64,000 bases of DNA from a virus. This document shows positions 50,501 through 57,731 of this stretch, piece by piece. Location of the stretch: the IMG/VR virus record IMGVR_UViG_3300042553_000685, one strand, 5' to 3'. Each line of letters begins with the position of its first letter. Positions within the stretch are counted from its first letter, which is position 1. The position numbers and the translations under genes were made by a program. The notes beneath the pieces were generated by a model. It ran no database searches. It was not told where the DNA came from and saw only the letters and a list, made by a program, of their open reading frames with translations.

Positions 50501-51513
50501 TATCTCACTATGGCGTCTTCTATTATGGCATTGACTATCTCGCGACTGGTTATACCAGCACTAATCAATGAGTTCTGACGAGGCCCGTCGTATGCTGTAG
50601 CCCCTATTCCGGTTATATATACATTCTTTATTAGACGAAAGCCGGGCTTAACTAGTGGAAATCTAACTAATATTGGATCAGCAGGATAATTCATTGGCCA
50701 CGATGGGTAGAAGCCAGTCGCTAATACAATAGAATCCACACCTGGTATCTCTCTACTATTAGTTATGCGGGGCATCTCCTTGTAATTATACTGGGCTAGC
50801 TCATTGGCTATATAGGGTGTGATGCTGGGCCCCCACCTCTTAACACGAGATAGGTACTCAGCACGCTTATTTAATGGGAGGGTCCTATAGTATCCGCCCA
50901 GCGCTGTCTTATTATACCAGTGCGTGTAGGATGGAGCAGGATAATTATCTATACGGTACCCCCCGTGACTCCAGGTAACTTCATTGTTCTGCGCTAGGTA
51001 CGCTACTGCCTCTGCCGCGCCCTGACCGCTACCTAGTACTAGAAGGCGTTTATTACGTGCCGGGTGCTTCAAGTAGTGACTGAGCGTATGAGTATCGTAA
51101 CCCACTGTCCAATCAGGCACGCGCTGCTCTCGTTGTCCTGTAGCTATAACCAGGGGGCCCTCCTCCAGGGGGCCTATCTCTAGACCCATGCTCAGTGCTC
51201 GTTGTAAGGCCCACTGTAAGTAGTCCTCGAATACATCCCTGTTGCATCGTTCCTGCACTGCCTCTATCTCACGCTGGCCTCCCAGTATACGCTCTCGTTG
51301 TAGGTAGTGACAGAGGCTGTAATCAGCGCCCTCTATATTAGTACATAGGTCGAAGGAGATAGGGCTCCTCATCTGTAGATTGGGTACTACTTCATCTTTA
51401 CTCCAGCTGCTCAGGGGCCTCGGGTCCCATGCGCGTGCAGTTAGACCTCGACTGAGTGCTTCTAACGCTACTGATAGGCCGCGCGGGCCTAGTCCCATTA
51501 TATTTACAATCAC
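50500..51513 (-). CDS. FAD/NAD(P)-binding oxidoreductase or flavin monooxygenase-like protein
   Basis: N-terminal GxGxxG (IMGLGPRGLS), a second dinucleotide motif (LVLGSGQGAAEAVAYL), and an ATG-type motif (IVLATGFYP). Confidence 0.65.
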   Translation of the reverse strand: MIVNIMGLGPRGLSVALEALSRGLTARAWDPRPLSSWSKDEVVPNLQMRSPISFDLCTNIEGADYSLCHYLQRERILGGQREIEAVQERCNRDVFEDYLQWALQRALSMGLEIGPLEEGPLVIATGQREQRVPDWTVGYDTHTLSHYLKHPARNKRLLVLGSGQGAAEAVAYLAQNNEVTWSHGGYRIDNYPAPSYTHWYNKTALGGYYRTLPLNKRAEYLSRVKRWGPSITPYIANELAQYNYKEMPRITNSREIPGVDSIVLATGFYPSWPMNYPADPILVRFPLVKPGFRLIKNVYITGIGATAYDGPRQNSLISAGITSREIVNAIIEDAIVR

Positions 51514-51637
51514 GAATTATAGTCTCCGTTATATACCGTACGCCGGCGCTTAACCATACCGTCTGATCTATTGTACCTAGTGACAGTGCAGTATCGCTAG
51601 TCTCTACTATACGCTGCGCCTGCCATTAACCTGAATG

Positions 51638-53374
51638 CTAGACAGGTTCCCAGGAGTACCAATCTACGCCATCCCATGTGAACTCTGCCTGTATACTCGT
51701 GCTGCTATTACCCAGCGTCAGTACGGTAACGGTAGTATTGGGATTCTTAACTAGAATATTAAACGCGGGCGCCAGATTCAGTATACGGAAGCGCGTACCC
51801 ACCGTAGGATTAAGCGGTAATAATACATCTCTGTTCGCACCATCAGGGTCTAGGTGTTGTGTACCGGCGCTAGATAATGTGAGAGTCAGCGCACCAGTGA
51901 GAGTCTGCCTATTCAGTGATACCTGATTACTGAGGTTAGCTGCGTTCCATCTACTGGTAGAGGCATTCCACGTCAACACCTGACCCTGTGCAGGGCTAGT
52001 GATAGCTACATCAGATAGGCCTGCCAGAGTGCCGCCTCCACTATTAACTGCACCCCAGCGTAAACCAGTAGCTGTAGTGCTATCGGCTAGTAGTACCTGG
52101 TCGTTGCTGCCTACAGGGAGCCGACTTAGTACTGTGGCGCCCTGTACCAATATATCCCCCTTAGCTACTGCGGGGATTAGAGTATTGAATCTAGTAGTTA
52201 CACGCGCATCAGTGTAGTAGAGATTAGTTGTACCCTCAGCTATATCATCAGTATCAGCGGGGGCCTGCCACCGTAGCCCCGTCGTCGTTGTAGAGTCAGC
52301 TACTAAGAAGGTGCCATTAGCCCCTATGGGCAGACGAGCATCAGTGGTACTATATGTATGTAGATCACCCTTAGTAGTAAGAGGGCTAGTGAAAGTAGAA
52401 CCGGTAGGTGTGGTAGGGACCCAGTTACTAGTTGTGCTATTCCACGCTAGGTATTGCCCATTAGTAGCTACTGTATTGCTGACATCCAGTAGATCAGATA
52501 ATTCCGCCAGCTCGATACGCGCATCTACTCGAGCGCTTGTATGATAGAGGTTAGCGCCCTCAGGTAGATTAGTAGTAGTGGCTGGACCCGCCGCCAGAGT
52601 AGTAGGTATCCAGTTACCACTCTGATATGCTAGAACCTGACCATTAGTTACGCCTGCAGTATTAACATCATTGAGGTCATTGAGCAGGGCTCTATCTAGC
52701 CGTAGCCACTCAGTACCATTAGAATAATAAGCACCCCCCGCGCCATTGACTGCAGCAAACATACCTCGGTAGGTATTAGCTGGCGGTAGACCACCTATAT
52801 TAGCTATATTGGTGCTCCACCTAATAGTGCCTGTAGTGTGGATATTATTATCACCATCTATTAGATTATTGAGCGCAGTCTGTGTGTTATTTACATCATT
52901 TAAATTATTGAGCGCTAGTAAATCCCCTCCACCAGATGCTGTAGCATTAACCCAGTTAGTACCATTCCATGTCAGGCTCTGCCCTATAACAGGGGTAGTT
53001 ATAGTCACATCACTCAGCGCATTAATACCAGTGCTGTTTATACGCGTGCGTACCCAGGCAGTAGTGGCTAACCGCGTGTTATTGTCGTTACTAGGAGGTG
53101 TGGGAGCAGTAGGGGCCCCGGTTAGTGCTGCGTTATTGATAGGGGCCCGTGTTGTCAGGCCGGGTACGGTAGGCGCTGTTGCTGTACCACCTAAGTCGCC
53201 GGTTAGCCTGATAGTACCTAGTACGCTGGCTGTAGCGGGCCCAGGTAATAGGGTACTCAGATTAATACGGTATGGTGTTACTGTTCCATTACGAATTAGT
53301 ACTATTACCATTGAGTCTCCAGTTATTATGCTAGGGAGTAGTGGTAATGCTAGTGCAGTATCTTGAATAGTCAT
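51638..53374 (-). CDS. Tail fibre protein with internal repeat modules
   Basis: The module L(S/N/L)DV...GQxLxWNxxxxxW recurs four times. There are paired (E)G(A/T)NLY(H/Y)T(S/D)ARV and KGD(L/I)...RLP(I/V)G(A/S)N...L(V/L)ADSTT(T/A)TGLRW modules. Confidence 0.75.
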   Translation of the reverse strand: MTIQDTALALPLLPSIITGDSMVIVLIRNGTVTPYRINLSTLLPGPATASVLGTIRLTGDLGGTATAPTVPGLTTRAPINNAALTGAPTAPTPPSNDNNTRLATTAWVRTRINSTGINALSDVTITTPVIGQSLTWNGTNWVNATASGGGDLLALNNLNDVNNTQTALNNLIDGDNNIHTTGTIRWSTNIANIGGLPPANTYRGMFAAVNGAGGAYYSNGTEWLRLDRALLNDLNDVNTAGVTNGQVLAYQSGNWIPTTLAAGPATTTNLPEGANLYHTSARVDARIELAELSDLLDVSNTVATNGQYLAWNSTTSNWVPTTPTGSTFTSPLTTKGDLHTYSTTDARLPIGANGTFLVADSTTTTGLRWQAPADTDDIAEGTTNLYYTDARVTTRFNTLIPAVAKGDILVQGATVLSRLPVGSNDQVLLADSTTATGLRWGAVNSGGGTLAGLSDVAITSPAQGQVLTWNASTSRWNAANLSNQVSLNRQTLTGALTLTLSSAGTQHLDPDGANRDVLLPLNPTVGTRFRILNLAPAFNILVKNPNTTVTVLTLGNSSTSIQAEFTWDGVDWYSWEPV

Positions 53375-53521
53375 ATAATTTGCGTTGTAGTGTGATGGTT
53401 AAATGTTGAGAGTCATATTAGATGCCTCTGGACTCTAACTTGTGGGATGACTTTCTTCTCCTACACTATATATTATAATATTAGGGTAGTCCATATTTAA
53501 CCATAACCCTGGGAGCATAGA

Positions 53522-54337
53522 ATGACAACGATGCTTAGAAGAGTACAACGACTTTTAGACTCTGGCGATAGTGATAACGCTAGAGAAGAAATTGATAGAG
53601 CTTTCGGCAATCTGAGAAGGGTGGATAGTCATGTTAGAGAGTTTTCAGATCTGTTGGCACTGGGATCGATCAAAGCTTCAGAAATCGGCTTAGGGGTATT
53701 GGGACGTAAGCTTCTACAGAATGACAGCGAGATTAACAATGAGGTTGTTTGGTTATTTATTGCGTCAATTTTATCTCGCAATAGTATTCCCCCTGATAGT
53801 CCATCTAGAATCAGCCTACTTGTTCTTACCGCTTCTGTCAATAGTTGGGAATTACCAATTTTTGCGCTTCTTGCCCCTGCCCTCGACGCTTTTTTTAAAG
53901 TTAGTCTTGCGGACGGAACCCCTTTAATTGCCGAACAAACTTTTGATTTTTTGGCCACTTGGGGAAGAATTTATGCGAAAGCACCTCATGTCAAAACGCA
54001 GCTTCAAGAACTTCAATCTCTTAGTAATAATCTATTAGAGCAAGTAGATGACTCAGAGTTAAAAGCTGAATGGTCAGAGGGAATTAATATATTTTTTGAA
54101 GAAGCCAGTACAACCAAATATTCAGATAGTAATGTTTTTTCTGCTGGTGAAGAATTAATTAAAAAAATTTATAATACTCAAAGTTTACAGCGCAATACAG
54201 AAGATAAGAATTTGGCAGAGACAAAAGACAAGTTACTCCGATTAGTCACTTCGTCTCTTGCTACTATTGGAACAGTTCTTGGTAGTGATGGAGTCATACT
54301 AAATACGGTTCTTGATAATTCTAGTAAAATAATGTAA
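53522..54337 (+). CDS. Hypothetical protein (271 aa), moron island
   Basis: AT-rich + strand ORF inside the - strand tail block, with a helical-looking sequence. Confidence 0.6.
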   Translation: MTTMLRRVQRLLDSGDSDNAREEIDRAFGNLRRVDSHVREFSDLLALGSIKASEIGLGVLGRKLLQNDSEINNEVVWLFIASILSRNSIPPDSPSRISLLVLTASVNSWELPIFALLAPALDAFFKVSLADGTPLIAEQTFDFLATWGRIYAKAPHVKTQLQELQSLSNNLLEQVDDSELKAEWSEGINIFFEEASTTKYSDSNVFSAGEELIKKIYNTQSLQRNTEDKNLAETKDKLLRLVTSSLATIGTVLGSDGVILNTVLDNSSKIM

Positions 54338-54366
54338 GATTTAAGTAATGAATCAAGGAGGAAATC

Positions 54367-54621
54367 ATGAGTCAATTGCAAGACAGTGTTAACGAATTAG
54401 TTAAGTACATTCTTGAGTATGAAACTGATTATTGGAGTAAGTCAGATGTTCAATTAAGCAAAGAGGAAGCTGAAAACATGGCTGCTATTTTGATTGGCAA
54501 TTTAATTGATGACATTGAGGATGCTGACATTGAGGATGCTTATAATGAAATGTATGAACCACCAGATAATCCTGACCCACTTTATATGTATGACGTTCAG
54601 ACAAGGTGGACAATTTATTGA
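54367..54621 (+). CDS. Acidic small protein (84 aa), moron island
   Basis: AAGGAGG lies 7 nt upstream. Asp/Glu-rich (IDDIEDADIEDAYNEMYEPPDNPD). Confidence 0.55.
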   Translation: MSQLQDSVNELVKYILEYETDYWSKSDVQLSKEEAENMAAILIGNLIDDIEDADIEDAYNEMYEPPDNPDPLYMYDVQTRWTIY

Positions 54622-54672
54622 ATTTAGTTATCAGTTATCAGTTAAAAACAACAATAAATCAAGGAGAAAATT

Positions 54673-54864
54673 ATGAAGCTTGTTGCAGTAAATATGGACA
54701 CTACTACAATTAGTTATTACGCTAATTTTTACGCAGAACAATATCAAGATGCTAAACAAGAATTTGGGGAAAAGGCATGGAAAAAACGTGACGTTTTATA
54801 CTCGAAAATCAGAGAGTATAATAAAATTCTAGAACAACGTGGACTTGAAAAAGTAGAGGTGTAG
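54673..54864 (+). CDS. Hypothetical small protein (63 aa), moron island
   Basis: AAGGAG lies 8 nt upstream. Confidence 0.5.
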   Translation: MKLVAVNMDTTTISYYANFYAEQYQDAKQEFGEKAWKKRDVLYSKIREYNKILEQRGLEKVEV

Positions 54865-55173
54865 GGACAAAATGATGACAAATTCAGAAAAGCGACTATG
54901 GGGTATAATCTTTCGGATAACTATTCTGGTTTATATAGTAGTTTCAACGGCTTTATAGCTAGAATTTATAGATTCTCATAAAGACTATAAGGCTAATTTA
55001 AGGTCTACCATACGGTACTGTTTAGACAACAAATGAAAGTGTAATCATGGAAAAAGAAACTAAAAAGTGTGGAAAAACTTATCAATGTCATACTGATTTG
55101 ATAAGAACAAAGGACTTGTCAAAGGAACGGAAGAACAAGAGTCTGCTAATAGACTCAAAGCATATTTAGATTA

Positions 55174-55356
55174 TTGCAAAAAACACCTAAAGGATTGGAA
55201 ACAATGAGGTACAGAATCAGGACAATAGATAAAAAAAATAAGCCTTGCAGAATTAGAACATCTATGCACGAAAGCCGACTAATGGCTTACTTAGAAGCTC
55301 TAAGTCGCAGCGGGCACCATAGCATCGTAGTAAAGGAAACAGTAGGTATTTCCTAA
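55174..55356 (+). CDS. Basic small protein, moron island
   Basis: TTG in the track. The more likely start is ATG 55204 (MRYRIRTIDKKNKPCRIRT...). Confidence 0.35.
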   Translation: MQKTPKGLETMRYRIRTIDKKNKPCRIRTSMHESRLMAYLEALSRSGHHSIVVKETVGIS

Positions 55357-55381
55357 TAATTTCACCCAACAGGAGTAACAA

Positions 55382-55744
55382 ATGGACATAAAACAAATAA
55401 CAGAGAAAATATTGGAATTCTGTCACAGAAGTTATCCAAATTTAAAATGGAATCTTGACTCTGAAAATAATATAATTCAGTGTCCACTTTTTCCTGATGA
55501 ATTAATAATAGAGGTTTTTCTGGATGGACTGCTTAAGCGTGTTTCATGCGAAGCGTATTATGTAGGCACGTTTGGATTATGGATAAACCCTGACGATAAA
55601 GACAATAACTATCCTTATGAGAATCAAATAGCATTTGATTATATTAGAAAGTCAAAATCTGATTATTTCGATAACAAATACAGAGAAACTCGAAAAGTAA
55701 TGCTGGACATTTTCACTTTCATTCTTGATGAGATTCAAGAGTAA
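55382..55744 (+). CDS. Island paralog family member 1 (120 aa)
   Basis: CAGGAG upstream. The N-terminal ITEKILEFCHRSYPNLKWNL aligns with the next two ORFs. Confidence 0.6.
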   Translation: MDIKQITEKILEFCHRSYPNLKWNLDSENNIIQCPLFPDELIIEVFLDGLLKRVSCEAYYVGTFGLWINPDDKDNNYPYENQIAFDYIRKSKSDYFDNKYRETRKVMLDIFTFILDEIQE

Positions 55745-55757
55745 ATAGTAGCAACAG

Positions 55758-56168
55758 ATGGGCACATGGGAAATGGATGTTTATGAAAAGATAGAGGTGT
55801 TAAAACAAATCGGGGTTTTTTGTGATAATGCCTATAAAATGGTTGATTACTCAAAATGGACTCTTAAACTAAGGCAAATAGATGTTTTCACCGACTTAGT
55901 ATTAGAAGGCTCTATCAATATTCTCTATCCAAACAAGCTAAAAGGAAGATACGATGTTTGGGTTGAGTATCGTTCTAAGTCATCTAAATCTTTAGTAGTT
56001 AGGGTAGAGGGGACAGCCACTGGGCATGATTGGGTTAAGATAGATTCGATTAAAAAAGAACCAAAAAGTGAAGGAGACAACAAAACCTTAAATATCTTGA
56101 TTCCAGAAACGACAAAAATAATGGAGACTATTTTAAGTTTCACCGAAACAATTAAATCTGAGGGTTAA
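55758..56168 (+). CDS. Island paralog family member 2 (136 aa)
   Basis: EVLKQIGVFCDNAYK...KWTL at the N-terminus and GDNKTLNILIPETTKIMETILSF at the C-terminus. Confidence 0.6.
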   Translation: MGTWEMDVYEKIEVLKQIGVFCDNAYKMVDYSKWTLKLRQIDVFTDLVLEGSINILYPNKLKGRYDVWVEYRSKSSKSLVVRVEGTATGHDWVKIDSIKKEPKSEGDNKTLNILIPETTKIMETILSFTETIKSEG

Positions 56169-56173
56169 CGCTA

Positions 56174-56680
56174 ATGAACAAAACAGAAGCATTAAAACAA
56201 ATTGAGGTTTTCTGTAAAGAAACTTTTAAGCAGCCTAAAAATTGGAGTCTTGAAGCGCAGAAGCTTGGCGCAAGTTCCTACGACAAGGACACCAATACTT
56301 TCGAGCATTTATTAGATAGAGATGGGGAGATTGTCTTAAAAGGCGTGATTTTTGTTATTTATCCTAGCGAATTACTACAAGGAGTTTTTCCTCCTGACAT
56401 ATTAGTAGGAAGATATTATATTTCAATTAAATATATTTCCAATCTGTCCAACATTTTAGAGGCTAAAGTAGAAGGTTATTTAACACAAACTCAGAAGACT
56501 ATGTTGCTAATAGGAGATTATCGCCGAGAAAATAAAAGCTGGGTTCAGCTTACTTCAACTAAAGAAGAATCAGATGTTGCGGGAGATAACGAAGGTTTAA
56601 ATATCTTGATTCCAGAAGCGACAAAGATAATGGAGACTATTTTAAACTTTATTAAAACAACCGAGGTTACAGACACTTAA
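56174..56680 (+). CDS. Island paralog family member 3 (168 aa)
   Basis: EALKQIEVFCKETFKQPKNWSL at the N-terminus and GDNEGLNILIPEATKIMETILNF at the C-terminus. Confidence 0.6.
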   Translation: MNKTEALKQIEVFCKETFKQPKNWSLEAQKLGASSYDKDTNTFEHLLDRDGEIVLKGVIFVIYPSELLQGVFPPDILVGRYYISIKYISNLSNILEAKVEGYLTQTQKTMLLIGDYRRENKSWVQLTSTKEESDVAGDNEGLNILIPEATKIMETILNFIKTTEVTDT

Positions 56681-56907
56681 AACAATGGCAACAAATGAAG
56701 AACTTAGAATAGACAATAAGTAGTTAAATATGTGTAATTAATTATCTCTAGCTACTTACATCTAATAGAGTATCGCCGGGATAACTCGTTGTATCCTGTA
56801 TGCCCGGTGTTATTTGTTCAGTTGCTAGTCTGAGTGATATCACAGGAGACCTGAGTTTGGCATTTGTACAGCCTTAATAGATACAGCGTCAGAACTATAC
56901 GCAGGTG

Positions 56908-57723
56908 CTAGCAATATACTAGATTCTGCCCTATTACTCTCATCAGTATACTGCCGGAGCCTAGACGACCACAACTTATATATAACCCATGTGAATTACC
57001 TACTATGCTCACTACGCCTCCAATTTCCAGCGGCCTATCTAACCATACTAGAAATGGCTGCGCCTTAATAAATTCATCGAGGACTACATCACTAGCTGGC
57101 TTTGGTCGATTCTCCCTACAACTTACATTAGGCCTGGGGGTTATAGTGCGGGCTACAGTACTGGTATTATTAGTTATACCAAATACACCATTGTCAGTAG
57201 AGTCCCCTATTTTATACGACACTATACAGTGCAGATCCAGTGGGTAGTTAACATTGTATGCCTCAGTCGAATAACCTATATAATTAAACACATAGCCGTT
57301 CTGGTCTGGTACACCTGAGTTCAGACGTATCTGTAGTATACCTAGACCCGCATTAGAGGCACACATATATACAACTCGCTCACCTGTTAGGTTAGGTATG
57401 ACATATGGGTTCTGCACAGGAACAAATGGGCCCGGCGTAGTTTCATTGTGAGGATATACCCCTACTATGCGTAAATTGTTGTCAAATAGCACACGAGTCT
57501 TACCATCACTAGCAGTAGTTGTAACGGCTCCAGTTATAAGCTCTCGGGAAGGTATACGTGCGTGGAACCCCATAACATTAGGTAATACTTCATTATTAGC
57601 AGCACCTAGCGCTGTGTCTAGAAACTCTACTAACTGAGAACGCGTGATATCTATACCAGGACTGGGGCCTGATTTATAACCAAAGTACGTAATGCCGTTT
57701 ATTGTGTTTATTGGAGTAATCAT
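56908..57723 (-). CDS. Hypothetical tail-associated protein (271 aa)
   Basis: ORF immediately downstream of the 936-aa protein in the - strand block. Confidence 0.55.
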   Translation of the reverse strand: MITPINTINGITYFGYKSGPSPGIDITRSQLVEFLDTALGAANNEVLPNVMGFHARIPSRELITGAVTTTASDGKTRVLFDNNLRIVGVYPHNETTPGPFVPVQNPYVIPNLTGERVVYMCASNAGLGILQIRLNSGVPDQNGYVFNYIGYSTEAYNVNYPLDLHCIVSYKIGDSTDNGVFGITNNTSTVARTITPRPNVSCRENRPKPASDVVLDEFIKAQPFLVWLDRPLEIGGVVSIVGNSHGLYISCGRLGSGSILMRVIGQNLVYC

Positions 57724-57731
57724 CGAATTTG

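Noticed and set aside
38279-53366. Assorted + strand ORFs inside - strand structural genes (e.g. 41425-41991, 44177-44545, 48351-48722, 52809-53366)
   Set aside because: Each is fully embedded antisense in a long, well-supported structural ORF. None shows motifs or ribosome sites.
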